64,000 nucleotides of DNA, taken from NCBI GenBank assembly GCA_033442325.1, contig JAWQFM010000013.1, positions 838,885 through 902,884 on the forward strand. Reading direction: 5' to 3'. The stretch comes from Salpingoeca rosetta (Eukaryota > Protista > Choanoflagellata). Shown here piece after piece: positions 29,025 through 45,030 of this stretch; position 1 is the first letter of the stretch, and each line of letters opens with the position of its first letter. Under the pieces are notes generated by a model. That model was given only the letters and a program-made list of their open reading frames with translations. It did not search any database and was not told the DNA's origin. The position numbers and the translations under genes were made by a program.

Positions 29025-29462
29025 TGTGCAACGAGCACCACCCTCGCCTTCATGACCCCCACGTTCGCATCCTCGCTTACCATGATGTTGCCTTGACCAG
29101 GGATAAAGAGAATGGAGATTGGATAGTGGGGGAGCCTCAGCTGTCACACAGGCACACATGGCACCAGTCGAGAACAAAGCAAATATGCAAGACACATTGG
29201 TGTGAGAGCGAGCAAAGTGTGGCGAGGTTGTTATGAACACGCACAAGTGTCCCGTGTTCCACACCAAGCTTGTCGTCAAACAACATGCCTGTCTTAGTTG
29301 GGTTACCTGGTTGCATTTGAAGCGGTAACGCTGGCAGTCTATGCTCCCAAACTCAATGGTCCACTGATGACAACCGAGGCCGAGTGAGTGCGCAAGCGTG
29401 AGTTGCTGAGGTTGAGATTAGGAAGGCACGGAGAGGAAACCAGGGATTCACAAACAGGTGGG

Positions 29463-29518
<56 letters not shown>

Positions 29519-29539
29519 CACACGCACACACACGCACGC

Positions 29540-29616
<77 letters not shown>

Positions 29617-29865
29617 CACCGGAGCCAGGTCAGGGGAGTCTGCGAGCAAGAGGGCCACGTGGTTGAAGATTGGCTTAAACTCCAGACAAGGGCGGCACCA
29701 GGGAGCGCCAAAGGTCACGAGCAACAGCGCATCGCTCGACGCAGCCGCATCATCAAGCTGAAGTCCACTCATCGTCTTCACCTGCAGCAAAGCGAGCACA
29801 ACAAAACACAAACATGGCGTGTGTGCGCTATGGTGCATGAGCGGTACAACGAAGTGCAACTCCAG

Positions 29866-29943
<78 letters not shown>

Positions 29944-30152
29944 GAGGTGGTCCAAACACTCGAGGTGCGTGTGCAGGCCTTGAGCCGATGAATGATACAG
30001 AAGCAAGTTATGGCGCCACCACCTTGTTTGGGAGGTGTTCGCGGACGGCTGCTGTGATCCAGTCTGCAGCGTGGTGCCCACGGTAAGGCAGAACACGTCG
30101 AGGAAGGCGCCCAGGCAGATACACGCGCACCGTTGGATACGCACTGTTGTTC

Positions 30153-30199
<47 letters not shown>

Positions 30200-31005
30200 T
30201 TGGGGGGTTGCAGCAGGGAATGTGCGCAATGCAATGCAAGGTGAGGAGGGCACAGGCTGCAAGTCAAGAAATGTACCAAATAAAAATAAAGCAAACACAA
30301 ACAAATACACACAAGCACACAGACTACCAAAATACAACGTCACACACATGTGCACTCACTCATACACACACAGACACAGAAAGACACACAGACAGACACA
30401 TACACACACACACACACAAACGCACCGAACGTGCTGCTGCCTACACAGGTCCTTCTCGCGCGTGCAGTCCACGGTTGCCAGCCGCGCCACCCCGCGCAGG
30501 TTGTGTGCAGCGCGGGCAAACTCTGGAGCAAGCCGCTGGCAGTGGCCGCACCACGGCGCAAAGAAGTCCACCACCCACAGGTGCTCGTCGCTCTGCTTGA
30601 TGTCTGTCTGGAACGTGTGTGCGTCCAGCTCAATCACAGCCGGGTGCAGGGTGGCCTGCACAAAGTCGCGCAGGGCACCTGCAGACATGAAGTTGCCGTG
30701 GAAGGGTGTGGGCGTGCCCGTGCCGTGGAGATATGCGATTGGGGATGGGTACGAGTGGATGGTGAACCGCCTGCACAGGTCCGCGTACGCATGGCAGTCG
30801 ACGCTGCCAAACACAACGCCCGGTTCTTTCGCCGTAGCCACAGACGCCTCGCGCCACGCAGGCAGCATCTGCTGGCACGGCCCGCACCACTGCATGGATG
30901 GAGGTGTGAATATGGAAAGGTGGGTGATTGTTGTGGATTGACAGGTGAGTAGGGGCAACCTTTTCTGAACGCTTGCACACACAGCCGACACGGACAGACA
31001 CGGGC

Positions 31006-31046
<41 letters not shown>

Positions 31047-31475
31047 CACACACACACAGACAGACACACACACACACACACAACAGCATGCTCACAGGGG
31101 CGAAAAAGTCGATAAAGACGAGGGTGAACTGCTGGTCAAAGAGGAGATCCGGGAAGAGGTGCGGGGTGAACGTCTGCACGCGCGAGTGCTTGGCGGTGCT
31201 GATCCAGCGCTCGACAATAGAGGGGTGCAGGTCGCCGTGGAACACCTCATAGTCGGTGGCAGCCTCGCTTCGGCGCAGCAGCAGCACAGGGTACTGGCAG
31301 TGGCCGTGACAGTGACGGTGAATGTGAACAGGGATGGATGGATGGATCGAGAGAGACAGGCGTGTGAGGGGATGAAGCATGCACCTTTACACAAGTGCAG
31401 ATGCACAAATACAATGCACACAACACAGCACAACAGTACTGTTACGCACGGAAAGAACGTACCCTCAACGCACGC

Positions 31476-31539
<64 letters not shown>

Positions 31540-32323
31540 CNNNNNNNNNNNNNNNNNNNNNNNNNNNNNNNNNNNNNNNNNNNNNNNNNNNNNNNNNNNN
31601 NNNNNNNNNNNNNNNNNNNNNNNNNNNNNNNNNNNNNNNNNNNNNNNNNNNNNNNNNNNNNNNNNNNNNNNNNNNNNNNNNNNNNNNNNNNNNNNNNNNN
31701 NNNNNNNNNNNNNNNNNNNNNNNNNNNNNNNNNNNNNNNNNNNNNNNNNNNNNNNNNNNNNNNNNNNNNNNNNNNNNNNNNNNNNNNNNNNNNNNNNNNN
31801 NNNNNNNNNNNNNNNNNNNNNNNNNNNNNNNNNNNNNNNNNNNNNNNNNNNNNNNNNNNNNNNNNNNNNNNNNNNNNNNNNNNNNNNNNNNNNNNNNNNN
31901 NNNNNNNNNNNNNNNNNNNNNNNNNNNNNNNNNNNNNNNNNNNNNNNNNNNNNNNNNNNNNNNNNNNNNNNNNNNNNNNNNNNNNNNNNNNNNNNNNNNN
32001 NNNNNNNNNNNNNNNNNNNNNNNNNNNNNNNNNNNNNNNNNNNNNNNNNNNNNNNNNNNNNNNNNNNNNNNNNNNNNNNNNNNNNNNNNNNNNNNNNNNN
32101 NNNNNNNNNNNNNNNNNNNNNNNNNNNNNNNNNNNNNNNNNNNNNNNNNNNNNNNNNNNNNNNNNNNNNNNNNNNNNNNNNNNNNNNNNNNNNNNNNNNN
32201 NNNNNNNNNNNNNNNNNNNNNNNNNNNNNNNNNNNNNNNNNNNNNNNNNNNNNNNNNNNNNNNNNNNNNNNNNNNNNNNNNNNNNNNNNNNNNNNNNNNN
32301 NNNNNNNNNNNNNNNNNNNNNNN

Positions 32324-32390
<67 letters not shown>

Positions 32391-33237
32391 TGAGAGAGTG
32401 TGTGTGTGCGTGTGTATGCACTGAGCGCAGAAGAACAAGTTCAGGTCGTGTTAATACAACAGTACTTGCTCGCCTCCGAACAACCGCACACCTGCTTGCC
32501 GCGGAGGGCGAGGTCGACACACTCGTGTGTTTCCGCATCCGTTGTCGGGGACACGCAGGCAGCAATGGCGAGCGGGCGGTGCAGGGTTGACGTGAGGTGG
32601 CCGGTTGGTGTGAGCAGCGCTGTGATGGCCAGTGGCGGCGGCAGGTGGCGCTCAACAAACGCCGTCAGGGACTCGATATCACGCGCCCGGCCGCGGTAGG
32701 GCGTGTACGACCCATCTGTTGCGTGCAGTGTGTTTGACGCGTGTGTGTGCGTGATGTGATGGGTGTGTGCGTGATGTGATGTGATGTGTGTGTGTGATGT
32801 GATGCGTGTGTGTGATGTGATGCGTGTGTGTGTATGTGTGTGTGTGCGTGAGTGATGTGTGTGTGTGTGTGAAGGAATTGATTCATCAGGGATAGTAGAC
32901 AGTCACACAGTGTGTAGGATGTCACGTTACACACGGCCGTGCAAGACGACGGCCTTCCAAGCAATGCTGAAGAGCACGCACCGCCTTTGTGAAAGAGAAG
33001 GAGGGTGGGGAAGGCGCGAATATGTAGCTGCTGACACGTGTTCCAAAACTCTTCGCAGTTGATGGCGCCAACACCAACCGCATCCCGCAGCACGTGCGCA
33101 AACTGCTTCCACGTGGGCGCCAGGTCTCGACAGTGGCTGCACCCTGGTGTTGTCGTCGTTGCGGGTGTCCCCCGGTCCACGTGAGCGAGAGATCACAAGT
33201 CATCATGCAGCTCTGAAATTGATGCCACAAAACTGCG

Positions 33238-33275
<38 letters not shown>

Positions 33276-34474
33276 ACACACACACACACGCACACACAGG
33301 CCATGTATTGCTGCCGCAGTGGCAGCGGTAGTGGCAGCCGAAGCAGCGTCGACGACGACGGATGGCACAGGTGGCCAGCCGACAGAGGTAAAGAGATGCG
33401 CACCTGGGCTGTAGAAGTTGACAAACCAGGTGTCGCCCGAGTCCACGGCCAAGCTCCAGAAGTCCTTCTGTGCGAAGGTCTCCACATCTTCCTCATCGTC
33501 ATACAGGCTCATGTCCTGGTTGCAAAGCAAGTGGGCGTGGAGAAGGTGGGCAAGCGGTTGGAATTAGAAAAAAAAACATGGCAATGACATGCTGTGCGTG
33601 TTCGTGTGTGTGTGTGGGGGGGGGGGCAATGCGCTGCGCGTTTGGTGTTGGTGGAAGCAGAAGAACGGTGCTGAACACGCGCCGTTACATGAGGCAGTGT
33701 GCTGCATGGGAACCACGCACGACGTGGCACTTTGCAAAGCACGTGGTGTGTTGTGTGTCGCAGTCGCAGTCGCAGTCTCTTCCATCGCACCTTGTAGTAT
33801 TGCCAGGAGTGGAAGCCGCCTCGCTGGCGTGTGCCAGGGCCGTTGCCACCGCCTTCTTGTGCTTCCTTGACGCCATGTTCTCCGTGCTCATCGTAGATCT
33901 TCCGCAGCTTTGGGTCCTTGAGCACCTCGAAAGCGGCGTTGAGCTGCACGAACTTGTCGTGTGCCTCGGGGTCGCCTGGGTTCTTGTCTGGATGCAGCCT
34001 CAGCGCCAGCTTCTTGAACGACCTTCGAATCTCCTGCACCGGTGTGTGTGTATTTGTGTGTGTATGTGTGTGTATTTGTGTGTATATTTGTGTGTATATT
34101 TGTGTGTATGTGTGTGTATTTGTGTGTGTGTGTGTGAGTGATTGAGTGTGTGAAGGCTGATGTCACGTGCACTGTCAGGCACATCGACAGGCAGACGCAG
34201 AACACAAACACACACACATGCACACACACAAACACTCACACATATGCACACACACACACACAGCGCTCACAAACACACACAACGCACAAACACACACACT
34301 CACAGCGCACACATGCACACACACCCTCTCGATGCGTACCTTTGGACTAGCCTCTACGTTCACTTCTAGCAGCTCATAATACGTTTGACTACTGCCACTG
34401 ACTTCTGTCACGTGCACTGCCACAGCCACCAGCAGCAACAGCACCAGCGCCGCAACCGCTTTTGCTGCGCCCAT
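28768..34474 (-). CDS. DNAJC10: ER J-domain/thioredoxin disulfide reductase ERdj5
   Basis: Signal peptide; J domain (YYELLEV..EIRRSFKKLALRLHPDKNPGDPEAHDKF); FHSWQYY; Trx motifs FYSPGCSHC, FFAP|WCGPC, FFAPWCGHC, FGAPWCRPC; C-terminal HDEL*. One gap inside. Confidence 0.92.
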
Positions 34475-34749
34475 TCCTTCCTTTGCGTTGATGAGTCATC
34501 ACCAACAAAATTGCGATTTCTCCATTTTGCCAGCTGCCCTCAATGGGACATTCCACCCATTTCAAACAAGCAAGCTTTGTCTGCTTGCGTTTGCGACACA
34601 CCAGCCACAAGCAAGGCCAGCCAGCAAGCCATTTCTCTCCCGTCCCCGTGCGTGTGCTTGCCTCACCTGCCTGCGTCTTTGTGTCGTGTCCTCGCTTGAA
34701 ACCTTCCCTCCACCCTCCACCACCTCCACCAGCTCCACTGCCACCAATC

Positions 34750-35608
34750 ATGTCGGGCTACCAGCAGAAGGGTCAGGGCGCTCCCCCACCCTACCAGCCA
34801 TACGGCCAGCAGCCACCCCCACAGCAGCCATGTGCGTTTTGGAGTGGGAACAGACCATTGTGCTTGTTTGTGCTTGTGCGTGTGTTGTTGTTTGTTGTTT
34901 GTGCTTGTGCGTGTGTGCGCGCGCGTTCGTGCTGTTGATGTGGCTGAGCTGTTGCTCCCTGTTCCTTCTCATGTAAGATCTCGGTGTCACCATCACCCAT
35001 TTCACTGTCACACTGGTGCGTTTCGCCTCACGATTACCACGTGCGCTTGCACCCCTTGCTTGCTTGTGTCGCCCCTCCCCCTCCCCCCGCGCTCGTTTGT
35101 TGACTTTGCAGATGGCGCTCCTCCTCCTGGCCAGTACCAGCACCAGCATCACCACCATCAGGGCCCTCCTCCCCAGGGTCAACAGCAGCACATCACCGTC
35201 GTGCAGACTGAGAACGTATGTGTTGATGGTTGTGTTTGCTTCCATTTCAATCTGCATGCCTCGTTTGTGAGCTTCGTTGTTTTTGACCTCGCTGCTTTTG
35301 CCTCCTGCAGTGGCCTTGCGTGTTTCGTGCGCACACATCTCAACCACTGCACAGTGATCGTGCACATGGACTGGTTCTTCGTCTTCGACTTGCACCCCCC
35401 CCCCTTCCAAAAAAAAAAAAAAAACCACCACCTCACCTCTCCTCTCATCTCCTCTCCTGTCGCATCCATGCCCACTTCGCTTGTTTTTTCGCAGGAGACG
35501 TACTGCGGCCCCATTTCGTGGATCATCGGCCTGTTCCTGTTCCCCTGCATCTGCTTCTGCCCTGTCGACAGTCGCCCCACGGGAACCACCATTGTCCACC
35601 ACCAGTAA
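34750..35608 (+). CDS. Small P/Q/Y-rich protein with a Cys-rich hydrophobic C-terminus (BRI3/CYSTM-like)
   Basis: Three exons: MSGYQQKGQGAPPPYQPYGQQPPPQQP | GAPPPGQYQHQHHHHQGPPPQGQQQHITVVQTEN | ETYCGPISWIIGLFLFPCICFCPVDSRPTGTTIVHHQ*; contains a PPPY motif. Confidence 0.75.
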
Positions 35609-36490
35609 CAACGTGACAACGCGGACACAACAACCCTTGCCTTGCCTCCCCCGCTCCCGATTGTTTCATCGTGTTGCTTCTGGACCTGCCTGCCTGCCTG
35701 CTCTCCCTTCGTTTTGTTATCTCTCGCCCGCAGCTGCCAGCGACCCTGTGAGGAGCCAGTGACTTGTGCTTGGTGTGCTGCTGTGGCGTGGTGACAACAT
35801 GCAATGCATGACTGCGCTGCGCCTCTCTGGTTCCTGCCCCTGCTGTGTTGGCTGGCTGCTTCTTCTTCCCTCCACCCGTCTTTACACCGTGGTTGTCGTT
35901 TATGCCTGTTTCACCTTCGTCATCATCCATGCGTTTTATTCACGACACATCGTGCTTGTCATTCGTTCCTTGCCTTGCTTGACCCTAAGTGCCGCCACGT
36001 TTGACCCTGTTTTTTTGTTGTGGTTGTGTTTTTTGTGCATGTGTGCGTGTGGGTGTGTTTGCACTTGCATGCGGTTGCGTGCGGGTGTACTGCCGCGCCC
36101 TTGCTCTCCCAAACCCATGCGTCGTTCACGCTCAACACAAATACACACGACACCAAAGTCAGCTCTGTCTGTCGTACTGTAAGGAAAGAGTGGTCCTTTC
36201 TCTATTCATTGGGGATACAGAGGCGGGGGACAAAAGGGGTGGTGAGAAGAAAAAAAAAGCGGGAAGCCAAACGCAGATGGCAAGAAACACAATGGGGAGT
36301 AAGGAAACAGGCAGCAGCGAGAGGCGTCCAAGGAAACAAGGGGCAGGAGTGTGCATGTGTGGGCAGCAACGGAGTAAGCCGAGTTTGCTCATCCAAAAGC
36401 ACAGCAAACACGCAGCAACACAGCAAAGGGGCAAGAAGCGACGTGAGCAAGTGTGCATGTTTGCGTGCATGTGTACAGGCGGCGTGGCGG

Positions 36491-40459
<3,969 letters not shown>

Positions 40460-40924
40460 GCTGTTGTGCTTGCTGCGATCGATTACTGTGATTTCTGCTG
40501 TGATCGAAGCCAAGGGGATCCTGTGAGCTGTACGTGGTGTGGTGGTACTCTTCTGGAATGGCGGAAAATGTGGGTGGCTGTGATGTGTGTGAGATGCGTG
40601 ACACCGAGTGTCAAGTCTCGTTGGGGGAAGACGAGTGCGCCAACAAAGATCCTCCGACGGTGGTCCTGGTGCAATCCCCACACACACGAAGCGAAGCAAG
40701 CAAGTAGCTGTGGCTGGTGGTTGTGGGATTTGTGGTTGCAAAACGGAAAACAACAGCAAAATCTCGAAAACGACTGATTTCAGTTTATTCATTGCCAATT
40801 GGGCGTATCTTCCGACGAGTAAGTTGAGCAACAATTTTTATTTTGCTGGTTGTTGATCTCAGAACCCACAAGCGTGCAAACTAGATAGAGAACTTGATAC
40901 CTTCGCTCGACTCCACTTATCGTC

Positions 40925-41111
40925 AACGCTTCAGGGCAATTTTTGCTCGGATCAAGTGTAGTAAATGTTTAGATTAGTGTAATATCTAATCGCCACTCTT
41001 CGGAGTGGCCGATATTACTCTACTATTTGGGACTGGTGGTGCGGCGTCTGCTTGCAGCGCCCACCACAAGCATGGCCCTGGTATTGCACTACCTCCAGGA
41101 GCTGTGCACGG
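40925..41111 (+). ncRNA. U2: U2 spliceosomal snRNA (divergent sequence)
   Basis: GATCAAGTGTAGTA core with branch-site GTAGTA at 40958-40963. Stem IIa gattag/ctaatc with loop tgtaatat; stem IIb gccactc-ttcg-gagtggc; IIc gatattac (41011-41018) complementary to loop IIa; Sm-like site 41022-41030; stem III tggtgg..ccacca; stem-loop IV cctggtATTGCACTACCtccagg closed by gcatggc/gctgtgc. Length ~187 nt. Confidence 0.95.
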
Positions 41112-41397
41112 CACACTCGCCAGCCAATCTCATGGTTCGCTCGGCAACTCTCAATCGAATAGAAAGAAACGTACCAGCTAAATACTCTCGTTGTGTCGAT
41201 CTGAATGCTCTATGTGGTTGTGTGTGTGGACGCTTGGTGTGCGTTAGTTTCGTTTCTGTGTGTCGCTTCTTCGTGCTGTTTGTGTCTGATCGTGCGTCGT
41301 GTTCTCTCCTTCCCCCTCATGTCACAAGTGCGTACGCTTGGTTTGTTTACTATGAACGACCTCCTGACGAGATGACAGCGGCATGTACGTTGTGCTG

Positions 41398-41847
41398 TTA
41401 CGCGGACACGAGCGGCTCGTACCTGCGTCATGCCAACAATCAAGAAGAAGAACAGAGCACGCATGTCGAGTGTGTAAGAGGGTGTGTGAGTGGGTGTTTA
41501 TATGTTGCGATGCACTGTGCGCGGCACAGATGCACATTGTGTCATGTCACAATGCGGCGAGTACGCACCATTCCGGGGTGAAGCCTGCCTTTGTCCTGGC
41601 CTCGTCGTTAAAAGGCGGCTTCAGGAAGCCGTGAAAGTGCTTCTTCACGAGATCATGGAAGACCTGTGGGTGAGGGGGAGGTGGGGTAAGCGAGGCAGGC
41701 AAACAAGCAAGAAAGCAGGCAAACAAGCAAGAAAACAGGCGGGCAGGCGTGCAGACACAGACACACACACACAGACACAGACACAGACACAGACACACAG
41801 ACACACAGGCACACACACACAGACACAGACACACAGACACAGACACA

Positions 41848-41891
<44 letters not shown>

Positions 41892-42261
41892 GGAATGGGG
41901 TCTTGCTCAGCATCCTCCACCTTGCACACGTGCCTGAAAAGCAACGGGGAAAGGGGAAATGCATGAGAACACGAGGGTACGAGAACACAAGGTGCCACGT
42001 CAAACAAGAGATGTACGTCCAATAAGTAGCAAGGGCATCTCACAGCAATGGAGCATAGCATCCACACATACATGCACACATATGCGCATGCAGCGCCCAC
42101 CTAAACCAGCGCACGCCAGCGGTCACGTGTGTAATCTCTTCCTCGTAGATGACCTGGCGCAGCACAACATGCCACGTGGACGAACGGTGAATGGGAAGCG
42201 CGGAAAAAAGCGCACCCGGGAAGCAAGAACAAGCAGCGTGTCTGCACGTGCATACAGAGAC

Positions 42262-42302
<41 letters not shown>

Positions 42303-42422
42303 GAGAGACAGACAGAGACAGAGAGAGAGAGAGACAGAGAGACAGAGAGAGAGAGAGAGACAGAGAGAGATAGAAAGACAGAGAGAGAGAGAGAGAGATA
42401 CACACAGAGGACAGACAGATAC

Positions 42423-42485
<63 letters not shown>

Positions 42486-42945
42486 TACACACCTTGAGCA
42501 AGTCTGCGCTGTGCTGGTCGTTGTTGCGCTCAAACTTCTGGATGGTAAATGGGGTGATATCGAGGCCGCGCGCTTCGTGCACCATATGCACAATCGCCAG
42601 ACGCGCACGCAGGTCGTGCATCGTCTCAGAGGCGCTCTGCCACAGACCTGACAGGGGGAAGGGGGCATGTATATGGCATGTTTGTTGTGTGTGCGAGTGT
42701 GTGCGTATGCGAGTGTGCATAATGAGGAGGGCATTGTAAATGCCACGGGCAGGCGATCACAAAGGCTGAACAAACTGGGCGCATGCGTGAGCGGACACAG
42801 AAAAACTTGCACACCCACAAACACACACAATCACACTTACACAATCACACTTGCACACACACACACACACACACACAAAACACAGACATACACACACAGA
42901 ACACACAAAACACAGACATACACACACAGAACACACAAAACACAG

Positions 42946-42976
<31 letters not shown>

Positions 42977-44125
42977 ACACACAATCACAGACGCGTGCGT
43001 ACCGTTGTGCACTGGCAGTTCGCCAAACTTTGAGCCAAGCTGCACCAGTCTGTTGGAGAGGCTGCTGTAATGCCGCCCTTCGTCCTCAGCCACGCGAACG
43101 CTGTTGAGGGGAGACGTAGGGAGTGGCAGGGAGTTGAACGACGTGACGCATGTACACACGTACACGAGTGTATGTTGTCGTGTATGCTGTTGCCTCCTCG
43201 ACACCACCCCTCCTCATCGCATCAGCGCGCCGTCACATTATTGCCACATCACCAGCACGCACAAGTCGGTGAAGAAGTCGCGAGGCAAGGGTTCCTGCTG
43301 TTCGCCAACCTTCACGCCTCCAAACCGGGCAATCATGTCCCATGCCAGGTCAATCGCCCACTGCACACAGCATTCACATGTGTGGTTGACGGGGTGGGTG
43401 AGAGTACATGAGCCAACAAAGCCACCGCGGCATTGGCAATACACAAACACAAACACAAACACACACACACAGAAGACAGGCAGACACACACATACAGAGA
43501 AGACAGACAGACACACACATACACACACACAAGCACAGGCACACTTGTTCGATGTTAGCGAGAGAGTGCAGAATTGCAATGCGACTGCTCAGGGTGCCTG
43601 TATTAACAAAACCAAGCAACACAGGGCAACCCAAAAAGCAACAGGTGAGACACAGCTGGGACTGTGTGTGACGCACGCACACGCACACACACTTATGTTA
43701 ACACACGCATAAAACATGCATGCACATACACACACACAACCACCACCAGCGCCAGCAGCCCATGCAGAACAAACACCCTACCTCCTTTGCCCAACTTCAT
43801 ATCGCGAGGCTCAACAACCTGAAGTGTTCATGACCCTCTATTGTGAGTGTTGCTTTGTTTCTCGATGCACACAACGACGTACAACTGCACAACGACATAC
43901 AACTGCATGCATGCCCAGGCCCCTCCCTTGCACCTCCATGTAGTGTTGGCGCGAACGGACCTGAAGGGAGGCCTCTCGGCCAGGCATGTCTGGTGGTGTA
44001 CTTGGGGAATCATGGGTCAGTGCGCCGCTGTACCACAGGTCTGCTGCGCGCTGCGTCAACGCAACCTTATCTGCTGGGTTGGCCGTATTCAGGATCTGTG
44101 TTTGTTATGAGTGTGCGCGCGTGTG

Positions 44126-44160
<35 letters not shown>

Positions 44161-44472
44161 ATGTGCATGTGCGTGTGCATGTGCATGTGCGTGTGCATGA
44201 AATATGCGTGCGTGTGTGTGCGTGCGTGTGCGTGTGTGAATACGTGTATGCATGTGCATGAAATGTGTATGTGTGCATTTGTGTGAATATATGCGTGCTT
44301 GTGTACATACACACACGCATATACACAACCACATAAATGTACATGATGTACCCACGGTACCGCCCCGCCCCCGCCCCGCACTCCTTTGCAATACCTTCAC
44401 GGCCCAGCCTTGGATGTCCTGCGGCTCGCCCTCAGCCAGCTGCAAAACAGCCTTCTCCTCCTCGCTCATCAT
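41398..44472 (-). CDS. DUF455 ferritin-like (di-iron carboxylate) protein
   Basis: [117 protein letters not shown]; the E/ExxH ligand set is complete. Confidence 0.88.
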
Positions 44473-45030
44473 CGTTTGCTCGGTCTGTTTGTGTGTGCGT
44501 GTGTCCGGCAATATCGAATATGCATGGAAGATATCCACAAATTGTCGTCCAGCCTGCCCCTTGCCTTTCTCAGGTTTGTTGTTGACGTGTGTGCTTCTTC
44601 CTGGCCCGCTCGCTCGCTTGCTTATTGCTTGTCGTTGTCGGGTTTTGGATGTTGTGGGGCTCGCTGCTTGATTCGTGTCGCTTGAACACACGAACGAACA
44701 AACGAAGAGGTGTTTGTGTTCGGTGTTGAGGTTTGCGCGAGTCACGGTCACATCATCAGCGATTGCCTTCGCAAAGCACAAACACGTGTCCGTCCCTTGC
44801 CATCCCCCTGTGCACTCGCGCGCACTCGCCCACACGGACATACACTCACGTTCTGGCTTGGCGATTGCCGAAATTGCTTATTGCTGCAAGCGCAGGTGTA
44901 CTTGACAAACCAACACAGCAAACGGCCTACATACCTGCTTTCTTCTTCTTCTTGTGCCTTCTTCTTGTGCCTTCTTGTTCTTCTGCCCCTTGCGCCAGCG
45001 TGCACTCGCGTGTGCTGAGGGGAAGTCATT

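Noticed and set aside
28768-34474. Possible selenocysteine (CxxU) in the thioredoxin domains
   Set aside because: All four visible motifs are CxxC with no in-frame TGA.
41083-41093. U1A-type AUUGCAC loop in U2 stem-loop IV as a novelty
   Set aside because: UUGCAC loops are common in non-vertebrate U2 snRNAs.
41027-41581. 184-aa + strand ORF overlapping U2
   Set aside because: Non-ATG start; overlaps the snRNA and the antisense 3' end of the DUF455 gene; no domain features.
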